NCBI GenBank assembly: GCA_038532855.1
Contig: JBCAZT010000002.1
Span: 1,557 to 65,556, forward strand
Direction: 5' to 3'
Origin: Pseudomonadota bacterium
Lineage (GTDB): Bacteria; Pseudomonadota; Alphaproteobacteria; Sphingomonadales; Sphingomonadaceae
DNA: 64,000 nt
The notes below the pieces were generated by a model. That model ran no database searches. It saw only the letters and a program-made list of their open reading frames with translations, and was not told the DNA's origin. A program made the position numbers and the translations under genes. This document shows, one piece after another, positions 10,526 to 19,712 of this stretch (the first letter of the stretch is position 1; each line of letters begins with the position of its first letter).

Positions 10526-10930
10526 CCGTCATCCTGAACTCGTTTCAGGATCCATCTTGCCTTTTGCTCAGGTCCAAAGGAGGCAGGCCGAGGCCCACAG
10601 CCAAATCATGCCAATCAGGGTTTTCGCTTTGGATAAGGTTGATCTTCCACTGCCGGTGCCATCGTTTCAGCTGTTTCTCACGGTGTATCGCCTCTTCCAT
10701 GCTGCCGAATACTTCGTATCGAGCAAGAACATGAACCGAATACCGTTTGGTAAAGCCGTCGATTTCATCGTTTCGATGTTGCCACAGGCGAGCAATAAGG
10801 TCGCTTGTAACGCCAATATAGAGCGTCCCATAGGCTTTGCTCGCGAGGATGTAGACGCAGGGCTCGCGTTTGGCGTTCATCATTCACAGAGTGCTGAAGA
10901 ATGGATCCTGAAACAAGTTCAGGATGACGG
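10526..10930. mobile_element. GIY-YIG cassette bounded by 30-bp terminal inverted repeats (putative selfish/REP-associated element)
   Basis: 10526-10555 ccgtcatcctgaactcgtttcaggatccat matches the reverse complement of 10901-10930 at 29/30 positions. Each arm is itself a hairpin. The GIY-YIG stop codon lies inside the left arm. Confidence 0.45.
10545..10883 (-). CDS. GIY-YIG nuclease family protein (COG2827/YhbQ-like)
   Basis: 112 aa. CVYILASKAYGTLYIGVTSDLIARLWQHR...EEAIHREKQLKRW matches the GIY-(x10)-YIG plus R...E...N pattern of small URI-domain nucleases. Confidence 0.85.
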   Translation of the reverse strand: MMNAKREPCVYILASKAYGTLYIGVTSDLIARLWQHRNDEIDGFTKRYSVHVLARYEVFGSMEEAIHREKQLKRWHRQWKINLIQSENPDWHDLAVGLGLPPLDLSKRQDGS

Positions 10931-10951
10931 TTCAGGGATTAAAGCGCTGTC

Positions 10952-12007
10952 ATGACTGACGATCAGCCCATCCATTCCCCCGATCGGCAAATAGGCGATC
11001 CCGATACCGCGCTTCGCCCCAAAAGCTTGTCCGAATTTATCGGGCAAGAGGCCGCACGCGATAACCTTCGTGTCTTCATCGAAAGCGCCAAAGCGCGCGG
11101 GGAGGCGATGGATCATACGCTGTTCTTTGGGCCTCCAGGATTGGGCAAGACCACGCTTGCGCAGATTGTTGCCGGCGAACTGGGCGTTGGGTTTCGTGCG
11201 ACGTCAGGCCCTGTCATCGCTAAAGCGGGCGATCTTGCAGCGCTCCTCACAAATTTAGAGCCGCATAACGTTCTATTTATTGATGAAATTCATCGCCTCA
11301 ATCCCGTCGTGGAAGAAGTGCTCTACCCTGCGATGGAAGACCGCGCGCTTGATATAATTATTGGCGAGGGGCCGTCTGCGCGCAGTGTGCGGATCGATCT
11401 GCCGCCTTTCACGTTGATCGGCGCGACCACACGGCAAGGCCTGCTAACAACACCCTTACGCGACCGTTTTGGCATTCCCGTGCGCTTGCAATTCTACACT
11501 CATGATGAGCTTGATCGGGTCGTGACAAGGGGCGCACGGCTGCTGGGAATGGCGATTGATGAAACAGGCGCGCGCGAAATTGCGCGCCGTTCGCGCGGGA
11601 CGCCAAGGGTGGCAGGGCGATTGCTGAGGCGGGTTCGGGACTTTGCGCAGGTCGCTGGTGCAGCGACTATTACGCGCGCGATTGCTGACGATGCGCTGAC
11701 GCGGTTGGAGATCGATTCATTGGGTCTAGATGCTATGGATCGCAAATATCTCACAATGATAGCAAAGACTTACAAAGGTGGCCCTGTTGGCGTTGAAACG
11801 CTTGCGGCGGGTCTGGCGGAGCCGCGTGATACAGTGGAAGACGTGGTGGAGCCTTACCTTATCCAGCTTGGCTTGCTCGCCCGCACCGCGCGCGGGCGCG
11901 TTCTCAACGATGCGGGGTGGGAGCATTTGGATATGACTGCGCCGAGACAATCTGCTGAAAATTCGAATCACTCAACACCAGATTTCTTTAACGATCCGCC
12001 AAATTGA
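10952..12007 (+). CDS. ruvB: Holliday junction DNA helicase RuvB
   Basis: 351 aa. Walker [10 protein letters not shown], Walker [16 protein letters not shown] near the C-terminus. Canonical RuvB. Confidence 0.97.
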   Translation: MTDDQPIHSPDRQIGDPDTALRPKSLSEFIGQEAARDNLRVFIESAKARGEAMDHTLFFGPPGLGKTTLAQIVAGELGVGFRATSGPVIAKAGDLAALLTNLEPHNVLFIDEIHRLNPVVEEVLYPAMEDRALDIIIGEGPSARSVRIDLPPFTLIGATTRQGLLTTPLRDRFGIPVRLQFYTHDELDRVVTRGARLLGMAIDETGAREIARRSRGTPRVAGRLLRRVRDFAQVAGAATITRAIADDALTRLEIDSLGLDAMDRKYLTMIAKTYKGGPVGVETLAAGLAEPRDTVEDVVEPYLIQLGLLARTARGRVLNDAGWEHLDMTAPRQSAENSNHSTPDFFNDPPN

Positions 12008-12242
12008 GCTCGAATTTTGTTAACCGATGTAAAATAGCTAAACCAAAACTAACCGAAAGGTCTCAAAACGGGACAAATGAGTGTAAAATCAGGCTATTTC
12101 TCCATTTTGGGGGAGATATCGCTCGCTAAATATGGTTAAACAGATTGCAGTGTGACGTCCATAATGGGCATCACAGGGTTGCAAGAGGCACAGATGCAGG
12201 TTCGCTGCACATGGCCTGAGGTAAAAAGCAAGGTATAAGCTT

Positions 12243-13778
12243 ATGTCGTTCAAACTGGCTGCTGCAAAGCTCTCCGCCGCCGTCGCAGGTGTCGCTCTGG
12301 TTCAGGGTGGTGCTGTTCGTGTGGCTGAGCCGTTGAACACGGAAAACCCCGATTACACGACCAATCTTGATGTGCCGCGCGATGGTACGAAGCTGCAAAC
12401 GCTTCCCAATCAGCCGCGCTACATCAAAACGCGTGAGCGTGTGATTCCAGAGCAACGCCGCCGTATTGTAGAGCGCACTGTCGAATGTCAGCCGCTCGCA
12501 CCTGGCGTTGTGGCTGCTTCTGCACCTCTGCCTGCTGGCGCAAGCAATGCGTATATCGATCCGATCGAATGTCCTCCAATTGCGCAGGTCGCTTATGCTC
12601 CTGCACCGCTTCCACCACTTCCGCCTGTCTCTGGCAGTGGCGGCGTTGGCGCGGCACCTGTAGTCGTTGGCGGCGGTGGCGGCTTCGGCGGCTTTGGTGG
12701 CGGGTTCCTGCCCGGCTTCTTTGGTGGCGGTGGCTCATCTTCGGGTGATGTGACTGTCAACAATTTCCTCGATGGGGAGCCTGTTGCAGTCGATGGCACT
12801 ACTACGACCACAACCACAAGTGGCGGCACAACCACCACAACTGGCGGTGAGAATGGTGAAGGTATCACCATCACAATTGACATCGACAATTCAAGCTCAA
12901 GCACAACCTCCACTGGTGAGATCAGCTCTTCAACAGGTGAAGTTTCGACCAGCACGGGCACTGTTTCATCAAGCACTGGCGAAGTGTCCACGTCTACCGG
13001 AACGGTCTCTTCGAGCACTGGCGAAGTCTCTTCTTCAACGGGCGAAGTTTCGTCCTCAACCGGCGCCGTTTCGTCGAGCACGGGTGAAGTGAGCACCAGC
13101 ACCAGCACCAGCACTGGCGCGGTCAGCACCAGCACGGGCTCAGTAAGTACGAGCACTAGCACTGGCGCGGTTAGCACAAGCACAGGTGCAGTGAGCAGCA
13201 GCTCTAGCACCAGCACCGGCGCGGTAAGTTCTTCAACAGGCGCGGTTTCAAGCTCGACTTCGACATCGTCCTCAAGCTCATCTTCGTCGAGCTCTTCAAG
13301 CAGCGGTGGTGACACCAGCACGTCGGGCGGAGACACGTCGACTTCAAGCTCGAGCTCAAGCTCCTCAGGCGGCGACACTTCAACCTCGTCATCGTCTTCA
13401 ACGAGCGGCGGTGACACGAGCACATCGGGCGGTTCAAGCTCTGGCGATATGACCAGCAGCACAAGCTCTTCCTCAAGCTCAAGCACCACATCAACATCGA
13501 CGACATCGACATCGACAAGTGGCGGTGACACCAGCACTTCGGGCGGATCCACTACGACTTCGGGTGGTTCGACCTCAGGCGGCGACACGTCTACGACCAC
13601 AACGTCAAGCTCAAGCACGAGCACATCTTCGAGCTCGGGCGGCGATACGTCGACGTCAAGCGGTGGAACCGAGGTTCCTGCACCGCCCATGATGATCTTG
13701 TTCGGTGCAGCAGCGGCAGCGGTCCTTGGTCGAAAAAAGTTTGGCCTCAAAGCTGGCAGCGAAGGCGCCGCGGTCTAA
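12243..13778 (+). CDS. Ser/Thr/Gly-rich tandem-repeat surface protein with PEP-CTERM-like C-terminal anchor
   Basis: N-terminal signal-like MSFKLAAAKLSAAVAGVALVQGGA. Gly-rich stretch, then more than 15 heptads STG(E/A/T)VS(S/T), then GGDTSTS(S)n repeats. C-terminal EVPAPPMMILFGAAAAAVLGRKKF (P-x-P, TM, basic cluster). Confidence 0.75.
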   Translation: MSFKLAAAKLSAAVAGVALVQGGAVRVAEPLNTENPDYTTNLDVPRDGTKLQTLPNQPRYIKTRERVIPEQRRRIVERTVECQPLAPGVVAASAPLPAGASNAYIDPIECPPIAQVAYAPAPLPPLPPVSGSGGVGAAPVVVGGGGGFGGFGGGFLPGFFGGGGSSSGDVTVNNFLDGEPVAVDGTTTTTTTSGGTTTTTGGENGEGITITIDIDNSSSSTTSTGEISSSTGEVSTSTGTVSSSTGEVSTSTGTVSSSTGEVSSSTGEVSSSTGAVSSSTGEVSTSTSTSTGAVSTSTGSVSTSTSTGAVSTSTGAVSSSSSTSTGAVSSSTGAVSSSTSTSSSSSSSSSSSSSGGDTSTSGGDTSTSSSSSSSSGGDTSTSSSSSTSGGDTSTSGGSSSGDMTSSTSSSSSSSTTSTSTTSTSTSGGDTSTSGGSTTTSGGSTSGGDTSTTTTSSSSTSTSSSSGGDTSTSSGGTEVPAPPMMILFGAAAAAVLGRKKFGLKAGSEGAAV

Positions 13779-13799
13779 GACCTAATTGATCAAACAAAA

Positions 13800-13834
13800 G
13801 GGGCGGCATTCCGATTGGAACGCCGCCCCTTTTT
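13800..13834. terminator. bidirectional rho-independent terminator
   Basis: The 8-bp GC stem ggggcggc (13800-13807) / gccgcccc (13822-13829) is flanked by AAAA upstream and TTTTT downstream. It sits between convergent genes. Confidence 0.7.
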
Positions 13835-13848
13835 AATTGGCTCATGGA

Positions 13849-14160
13849 TCAGCTGCCGTTGGGATCGAGGCCTTTGCCCCTGCGCTGCATGGCGTCTGTC
13901 TTTTCTTTGGCGTCGCGCGTTAGCTCGCGCCATTCTTTTTTTGTCGCACATCTGCGCTTTGTAAAACGTGACCCCACCACAGCAGTTCGGCGACAAACCA
14001 CTTTATTGTCATCGTTTGCTTCTTCTGCATCGGCGGCTGCTTCCACAACTTCGGGCTTTTCCTGAGCTGGTGTTGGCGTACTAGGAGGTGGCACACTTTC
14101 TGTCGTTTCGGGAGCAGCTTGCATGGCAAGCAGCGTGCTTGCGATAACGGTGTAAAGCAA
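13849..14160 (-). CDS. small secreted hypothetical protein (Pro/Glu-rich linker, basic Cys-pair C-terminus)
   Basis: 103 aa. TTG start 9 nt after GGAGG. Signal-like LYTVIASTLLAMQAAP. C-terminal VVCRRTAVVGSRFTKRRCATKKEW. Confidence 0.5.
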   Translation of the reverse strand: MLYTVIASTLLAMQAAPETTESVPPPSTPTPAQEKPEVVEAAADAEEANDDNKVVCRRTAVVGSRFTKRRCATKKEWRELTRDAKEKTDAMQRRGKGLDPNGS

Positions 14161-14260
14161 AATGAATTCCTCCTGTTTGAATGCCTGACTTGGTATAAAT
14201 AGCTGATTGAGGGCCAGTTTGCCTAACTCTGTTCGACGAACTGCTGCAAACGACTGTTAT

Positions 14261-14815
14261 TCACCGAGGCAATTGCGCCGCAAAAAGGCCTTGCGTGCTG
14301 GTCCCGACCCAATCGACATCCTTTGTCGTCACAGTGTCACCCAACTCCCAGACATTGGTGTAGCCGTATCCGACCAGATTGATGAAGGTTGGGATGTTGA
14401 GCGCAAGCGGGGCTTTTTTCAGCAGAACGGGCGGAGCGTTGTCGCTGAAATTGTTGTTGCAATAGATCAGGATTTTACGGGTTTTGTCGGAGCCGATCAC
14501 TTCTGTGAGCTTTTCCTCGGTGAAGTCTGAAAACGGCAAATTGACCGCGCCTTTGACGTGACCTTGCTTGAAAGCAGCCACAGAGCGTGTGTCCAAAATG
14601 AGAGTGCCTTCTTCGGCCGCAAACTTCTGAAAATCACCAAGAGGCAGAAGGCGTTCTTGCCGGATACTGGCGACTTCGTTGGTGAGAAGCGCAAAGCCTG
14701 CATAGTCAATTTCCTGCGCTTCAGCAGCTGCGTTCTGCGCTAGGCTTGGCGTGTTGGTCATGGCAAGTGAACCTAATAGGCACGCTGCCAAGCTTGCTTT
14801 TGAAATTTGTTTCAA
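14261..14815 (-). CDS. rhodanese-like domain protein, secreted
   Basis: Signal peptide MKQISKASLAACLLGSLAMTNTPSLAQN. Rhodanese-type core LILDTRS...GHVKGAVNLP...KILIYCNNN. Confidence 0.75.
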   Translation of the reverse strand: MKQISKASLAACLLGSLAMTNTPSLAQNAAAEAQEIDYAGFALLTNEVASIRQERLLPLGDFQKFAAEEGTLILDTRSVAAFKQGHVKGAVNLPFSDFTEEKLTEVIGSDKTRKILIYCNNNFSDNAPPVLLKKAPLALNIPTFINLVGYGYTNVWELGDTVTTKDVDWVGTSTQGLFAAQLPR

Positions 14816-14901
14816 CCCTGCCTCCTCCTGACTGAACGCATGTCATGCGCCATGAGGCATTGCGGATCGATGAATGCGAAAAGCCGTGCGTCTCGCCTCT
14901 T

Positions 14902-15414
14902 TTACTTATCGATTTGAGCAGCGATGTCCTTGCCTGATGCCTGCCACGCCAAAATGCCGCCCGCTAAATGGGTCACAGGTTTCCCGGTATGCGCAGCGAG
15001 TTTCTCTGCGACTTGGCCAGAACGTCCTCCAGACCGACAATAGAGGATGATGGGCCTGTCATCGCCGGCCAAGACAGTAGCGGGGTCAAAATCATCTTTT
15101 GCGATGTGTTCCGCCCCCGGGATCATACCTTCGGCGACTTCCTCATCGGTGCGCACATCGATGAGGCGGATGTTTTCTGCTGCAAGCTGTTCGGCCAATT
15201 CTTCCGCGCTGATCTCGATCAGCTTGTCATTTTGGGCCGCTATGTCAGCGCCAGTTTGGCCCAAACCTTCGCGCACTTCCAATTCAGCGGCTGCTGCCAT
15301 TTCAGGGAAAGGCAAGACCTCTCCACCGCCGTCATCATCGGATTGCGGCGCGCACGCTGCCAAGGCCAGGCCGCAATAGCCTATGCCAGCAAGCAAGTCA
15401 GCGCGCCGCATCAT
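14902..15414 (-). CDS. rhodanese-like sulfurtransferase domain lipoprotein
   Basis: Lipobox LALAAC. RLIDVRTDEEVAEGMIPGAEHI and active-site loop ILYCRSGGRSG. Confidence 0.8.
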   Translation of the reverse strand: MMRRADLLAGIGYCGLALAACAPQSDDDGGGEVLPFPEMAAAAELEVREGLGQTGADIAAQNDKLIEISAEELAEQLAAENIRLIDVRTDEEVAEGMIPGAEHIAKDDFDPATVLAGDDRPIILYCRSGGRSGQVAEKLAAHTGKPVTHLAGGILAWQASGKDIAAQIDK

Positions 15415-15420
15415 CGAAGG

Positions 15421-18093
15421 TTACGCTGCCAGCTTGCGCAGAACGTAATGGAGGATGCCGCCATTGCGATAATATTCCATCTCGTTCGCGGTATCGATCC
15501 GGCAAAGCGCGGTGAAAGTGAAGCTGGTGCCATCGCCGCGGGTTGCTTCAATTTCAATATCTTGGCCGGGGGTCAGATCCGCCAGACCTTTGATCGAGAA
15601 TGTGCAATCGGCATCAAGGCCGAGCGACAAACGTGTATCACCGTCTTTGAATTGGAGCGGCAAAACGCCCATGCCGACAAGGTTTGAACGGTGAATACGC
15701 TCAAAGCTCTCAACGATGACCGCGCGTACGCCCAAAAGGATCGTGCCTTTCGCCGCCCAGTCGCGTGAAGAGCCCGTGCCGTATTCCTTGCCGCCTACAA
15801 CGATCAGCGGAGTGCCGTCCTCTTTGTGGCGCATGGCCGCGTCATAGATCGGCATTTGCTCGCCATTGTAAACGGTCTCTCCGCCTTCGACGCCGGGGAC
15901 CATTTCGTTTTTGATGCGGATATTGGCGAAAGTGCCGCGCATCATCACGTCATGGTTGCCGCGGCGTGATCCGTAGGAGTTGAAGTCCTTCTTAGCGACT
16001 TGGTTGCTGTTCAAGTAGGAGCCAGCAGGGCTGTCTTCTTTAATTGCGCCAGCAGGCGAGATGTGGTCGGTCGTCACCGAATCCCCAAGGATGGCGAGTG
16101 GTTTTGCCCCCTCAATATCGGTGACAGGCGCAGGCTCCATGCCCATGCCTTCAAAGTAAGGTGGGTTTGCAACATAGGTGCTGCCAGCGCGCCACTGATA
16201 GGTGTCTGATGGCTCGACCGTGATCGCCTGCCAGTGCTCATCGCCATCATAGACGTTGGCATAGCGGGTTTCGAACATCGAACGATCGATATTGGCTGCG
16301 CGGTGCTCTGCGATCTCGGCATTGGTGGGCCACAAATCGGCGAGCATCACATCATTGCCGTCTTTATCTTGGCCCAAAGGTGTCGTGGTGATGTCTTCGG
16401 TGACCGTGCCTTTCAGCGCATAGGCCACAACCAGCGGAGGTGATGCCAAGAAGTTGGCGCGCACGTCTTGCGACACGCGGCCTTCGAAATTGCGGTTACC
16501 GGAAAGAACGGATGCCGCCACGATGTCATTGCCATTGATCGCTTTGCTGATCGGCGCGGCGAGCGGGCCGGAGTTGCCGATGCAGGTTGTGCAGCCATAG
16601 CCGACAAGGTCAAAGCCAACGGCATCAAGATCATCTTGCAGGCCGGACTTGACGAGATAATCGGTCACAACCTGAGAACCTGGCGCGAGCGATGTCTTCA
16701 CCCAAGGCTTGGGCTTCATGCCGCGCTCATTCGCTTTCTTAGCGACCAGACCCGCTGCGATTAGCACGTCTGGGTTTGAGGTGTTGGTGCAGCTGGTGAT
16801 CGCAGCAATCACAACATCGCCATCGCCAATATCGTGTTCTGTATCAGCGACATCGACGCGAACGGGTGCATCTTTCTTATAAACTTTAGCCAGGTCGCCG
16901 TTGAACAGCTCGTCCACCTCAGGAAGGATCACGCGGTCTTGCGGGCGCTTTGGCCCGGCAAGGCTTGGCACGACAGTTGAGACGTCCAAAGACAATGTGT
17001 TGGTGAACACAGGCTCATGCGCAGGGTCAAACCACATGCCTTGTGCCTTTGCGTATGCTTCAACCAGAGCAAGGTTCTCTTCTGAACGGCCCGTCAGGCG
17101 CATGTAATCGATGGTCTTGTCATCAATACCGAAGAAGCCGCAGGTCGCGCCATATTCTGGCGCCATATTGGCGATGGTCGCGCGGTCTGCGAGAGTGAGG
17201 TTGGCAACGCCTTCGCCGTAAAATTCAACAAACCGGCCCACAACGCCCACTTCGCGCAGCATTTGGACGCAAGTGAGAACCAGATCGGTTGCGGTCACGC
17301 CTTCGGCCATTTTGCCGGTGAGTTTGAAGCCGACGACTTCGGGGATCAGCATCGAAATCGGCTGGCCAAGCATGGCCGCTTCCGCTTCGATCCCGCCAAC
17401 GCCCCAGCCCAAAACGCCAAGGCCGTTGATCATGGTGGTGTGGCTGTCAGTGCCAACGCATGTGTCAGGATAAGCGACCATTTCGCCATTTTCATCCGCG
17501 CTCGACCAAATGCCTTGCGCGATGTGTTCAAGGTTCACTTGGTGGCAAATGCCTGTGCCGGGAGGAACAGCGGAGAAGTTTTCAAACGACTTCGAACCCC
17601 ATTTCAGAAAGTCATAACGTTCCGCATTGCGCTCATATTCGAGCGCCATATTCGCTTCCATCGCCTGTGGGTGGCCAAATTCATCGACCATGACCGAGTG
17701 GTCAATCACAAGATTTACAGGGACTTGTGGGTTGATTTTGGCCGTATCACCGCCAAGCTCTTTGATCGCATCGCGCATTGCCGCCAAGTCAACAACGCAA
17801 GGCACGCCAGTGAAATCTTGAAGCAGCACGCGTGCAGGCCGGTACTGAATTTCATTGCCAGTCTTTGGATTCTTTTGCCAATCTACAATCGCTTGAATAT
17901 GCTCTTTGCCGACAGTGAAGCCTTCATCTTCAAAGCGCAGCAGGTTTTCCAAAAGCACTTTCATGGAATTCGGCAACTTGGAAACATCGCCCAATTGCTC
18001 CGCTGCCTTGTCGAGCGAATAGTAAGCGTATTGCTTGCCGTTTACGTCAAGCGTTGAGCGGGTGGCGAGCGTGTCCTTGCCGGTTGCTGTCAT
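15421..18093 (-). CDS. acnA: aconitate hydratase AcnA
   Basis: Track ORF extends to 18189. The ATG at 18093 gives [27 protein letters not shown]. Aconitase motifs present ([23 protein letters not shown]). About 890 aa. Confidence 0.97.
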   Translation of the reverse strand: MTATGKDTLATRSTLDVNGKQYAYYSLDKAAEQLGDVSKLPNSMKVLLENLLRFEDEGFTVGKEHIQAIVDWQKNPKTGNEIQYRPARVLLQDFTGVPCVVDLAAMRDAIKELGGDTAKINPQVPVNLVIDHSVMVDEFGHPQAMEANMALEYERNAERYDFLKWGSKSFENFSAVPPGTGICHQVNLEHIAQGIWSSADENGEMVAYPDTCVGTDSHTTMINGLGVLGWGVGGIEAEAAMLGQPISMLIPEVVGFKLTGKMAEGVTATDLVLTCVQMLREVGVVGRFVEFYGEGVANLTLADRATIANMAPEYGATCGFFGIDDKTIDYMRLTGRSEENLALVEAYAKAQGMWFDPAHEPVFTNTLSLDVSTVVPSLAGPKRPQDRVILPEVDELFNGDLAKVYKKDAPVRVDVADTEHDIGDGDVVIAAITSCTNTSNPDVLIAAGLVAKKANERGMKPKPWVKTSLAPGSQVVTDYLVKSGLQDDLDAVGFDLVGYGCTTCIGNSGPLAAPISKAINGNDIVAASVLSGNRNFEGRVSQDVRANFLASPPLVVAYALKGTVTEDITTTPLGQDKDGNDVMLADLWPTNAEIAEHRAANIDRSMFETRYANVYDGDEHWQAITVEPSDTYQWRAGSTYVANPPYFEGMGMEPAPVTDIEGAKPLAILGDSVTTDHISPAGAIKEDSPAGSYLNSNQVAKKDFNSYGSRRGNHDVMMRGTFANIRIKNEMVPGVEGGETVYNGEQMPIYDAAMRHKEDGTPLIVVGGKEYGTGSSRDWAAKGTILLGVRAVIVESFERIHRSNLVGMGVLPLQFKDGDTRLSLGLDADCTFSIKGLADLTPGQDIEIEATRGDGTSFTFTALCRIDTANEMEYYRNGGILHYVLRKLAA

Positions 18094-18303
18094 GGCGTCG
18101 AAAATCCCTTTTTTCTGGTTAGATGCGCCCCGATCCAAAAGAGCACACATTTGCTTGTGCCACCTGCTCTTTCGCGCCCGCGTCGTCAAGTGGGGGATTG
18201 GCCCCGAGGGCGAGACAAAATGTTACTAGAGTTTACTACCTAGAATCATCCAAACCGTGCCAAGGGCCGGTCAGTTGTGAAACGCAGGGAGGAGTCGCAC
18301 AGC

Positions 18304-18492
18304 ATGGACACGGACCAAAACATCGCGGCGCCCCAAACCAGCCTTAAAGCGGGTTTGACAGCAGCGATTATGCTTGTGGCCTTCTGTTTTACAATCGCCC
18401 TCATAATGTCGGGCAGTGCGTCAGTTGCGGCCGATACTGAGCCGCACGCCACTGACCAGCAGAGTGAAGGCACTCCTTCGGGATCGCATTAG
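18304..18492 (+). CDS. small hypothetical membrane protein (62 aa)
   Basis: ATG at 18304 lies about 9 nt after GGGAGGAG. One TM LTAAIMLVAFCFTIALIMSG. No family recognised. Confidence 0.35.
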   Translation: MDTDQNIAAPQTSLKAGLTAAIMLVAFCFTIALIMSGSASVAADTEPHATDQQSEGTPSGSH

Positions 18493-18598
18493 TTGAGGAA
18501 AGTTTCGCGTTTCCGCCCCTGACCCAAGGAAGCGCGATGCCGGGGTGGCAGCCGAAAGGCAGCTACCCCGGTATTTCCTCAAATCCTCTTTTCGGCGT

Positions 18599-19504
18599 TT
18601 AGACTTGTTCGACTGGTTGCTTTTGCTCCCGTGAAGTACGTGCAGCTATCAAACATCCGCTCACAATCAGCGCTGTCCCGATCAGCGTCGTGACAGTGAC
18701 GCCTTCTTTGAAGAACAGCCAGCCAAACAGGCTTGCCCATAAGAACCCCGAATATTCAATGGGAACAAGTGTTTGCGCTTCTGCTCGCGCATAAGCCCAG
18801 GCGATAGCCATCGCGCCCAAAACCGTGAGCAGGCCAGCGGCTGCAATATCGCTCGCGATGGTTACGGGTGGGGTTGCCCAAAGGAGCGGGGCAAAAACCA
18901 ACATAACCAGCCCGCCAATCCCACTGTGAAAGGTCGCTATCTCTATTGGACCTGCGATTTGCGATTGGCGGCGAATGACTATGAAATTGTACGCATAAAG
19001 CAGCGCTGAAAACGCCATTGCGGCCAAGCCGAGCGCAGCATCTTCATCAAATGCCCCATCTCCAATACGTCCGCCAACGATGATGAGCGTGCCTATGAAG
19101 CCCAAAATGCTTGCCAAAATGGCTGCGCGCTTAATCTCTTCGCCGAGCAATATGCGCGCGAGGTACAGCGCTAAAAGCGGGGCGATAAAGCTCAAAGCGA
19201 TGGCTTCTGCCAAAGGCAGTTTGGTGAGCGCGTAAAAGAAGCTCAGCGCCATAAAGGCTGAGATAATCCCGCGCTCTAGATGGAGTTTCATAACCGGCCA
19301 GCTGGGCCATTTGGGGCGCCGCAGGGCCCATACCGGACCAATAAAAGCGGTTGCAGCGGCGGATCGCAACAATGTTGCTGTATAAGCGCCCGCCACCAAA
19401 GCTGCCTCTTTCATAAAGGCGTCCATCAATGACAGAAATCCCACACCAGCAAGCGCGAAAAGGATCGCGCTGATGGGAGGGGGTAAGGGGGATGATGGCT
19501 GCAT
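18599..19504 (-). CDS. DMT superfamily (EamA-like) transporter
   Basis: 301 aa, about 10 TM, two-fold internal repeat typical of EamA domains. Confidence 0.85.
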   Translation of the reverse strand: MQPSSPLPPPISAILFALAGVGFLSLMDAFMKEAALVAGAYTATLLRSAAATAFIGPVWALRRPKWPSWPVMKLHLERGIISAFMALSFFYALTKLPLAEAIALSFIAPLLALYLARILLGEEIKRAAILASILGFIGTLIIVGGRIGDGAFDEDAALGLAAMAFSALLYAYNFIVIRRQSQIAGPIEIATFHSGIGGLVMLVFAPLLWATPPVTIASDIAAAGLLTVLGAMAIAWAYARAEAQTLVPIEYSGFLWASLFGWLFFKEGVTVTTLIGTALIVSGCLIAARTSREQKQPVEQV

Positions 19505-19712
19505 CGCGCCGCCCTCCTACTCACGAGCGCAGCACAGGTCACGCGCGGGTGCATGAAATTGCTAAATGTCCTGAATTTATGTGTAGGATTCAGCACATAG
19601 AAAGGCTCTTTGGTTGATAACGGCTTCATTGGGTATATGAGACCTGCTGTTTGTCGAGCTTGGACGCTTTGAAACACGATGATCGGCGGGATTGGACAAT
19701 TGGTAGGGTAAT

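Noticed and set aside
10215-10955. 246-aa plus-strand ORF spanning the GIY-YIG cassette
   Set aside because: It reads through both inverted-repeat arms and is antisense to a gene with clear GIY-YIG motifs. It has no motifs of its own and overlaps the better-supported ORF 10012..10482 in another frame.
12900-13660. Tandem 21-bp periodicity, considered as a possible CRISPR array or satellite
   Set aside because: The units are contiguous with no spacers. They maintain one open reading frame and vary mainly at synonymous positions, so this is a coding repeat and not a CRISPR array.
12593-13750. 385-aa minus-strand ORF (E/V/L/P/D-rich) antisense to the Ser/Thr-rich repeat gene
   Set aside because: It is a mirror-image artefact of the low-complexity repeat, since AGC/ACC/TCx codons read as GCT/GGT/xGA-free frames on the other strand. 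It has no start context, signal or motif. The plus-strand frame has a signal peptide and a sorting tail.
14968-18057. Long plus-strand ORFs (14968..15687, 17263..18057) antisense to the rhodanese gene and acnA
   Set aside because: These are antisense to genes with unambiguous family motifs. Their composition is the usual GC-rich shadow-ORF type (Arg/Ala/His-rich).
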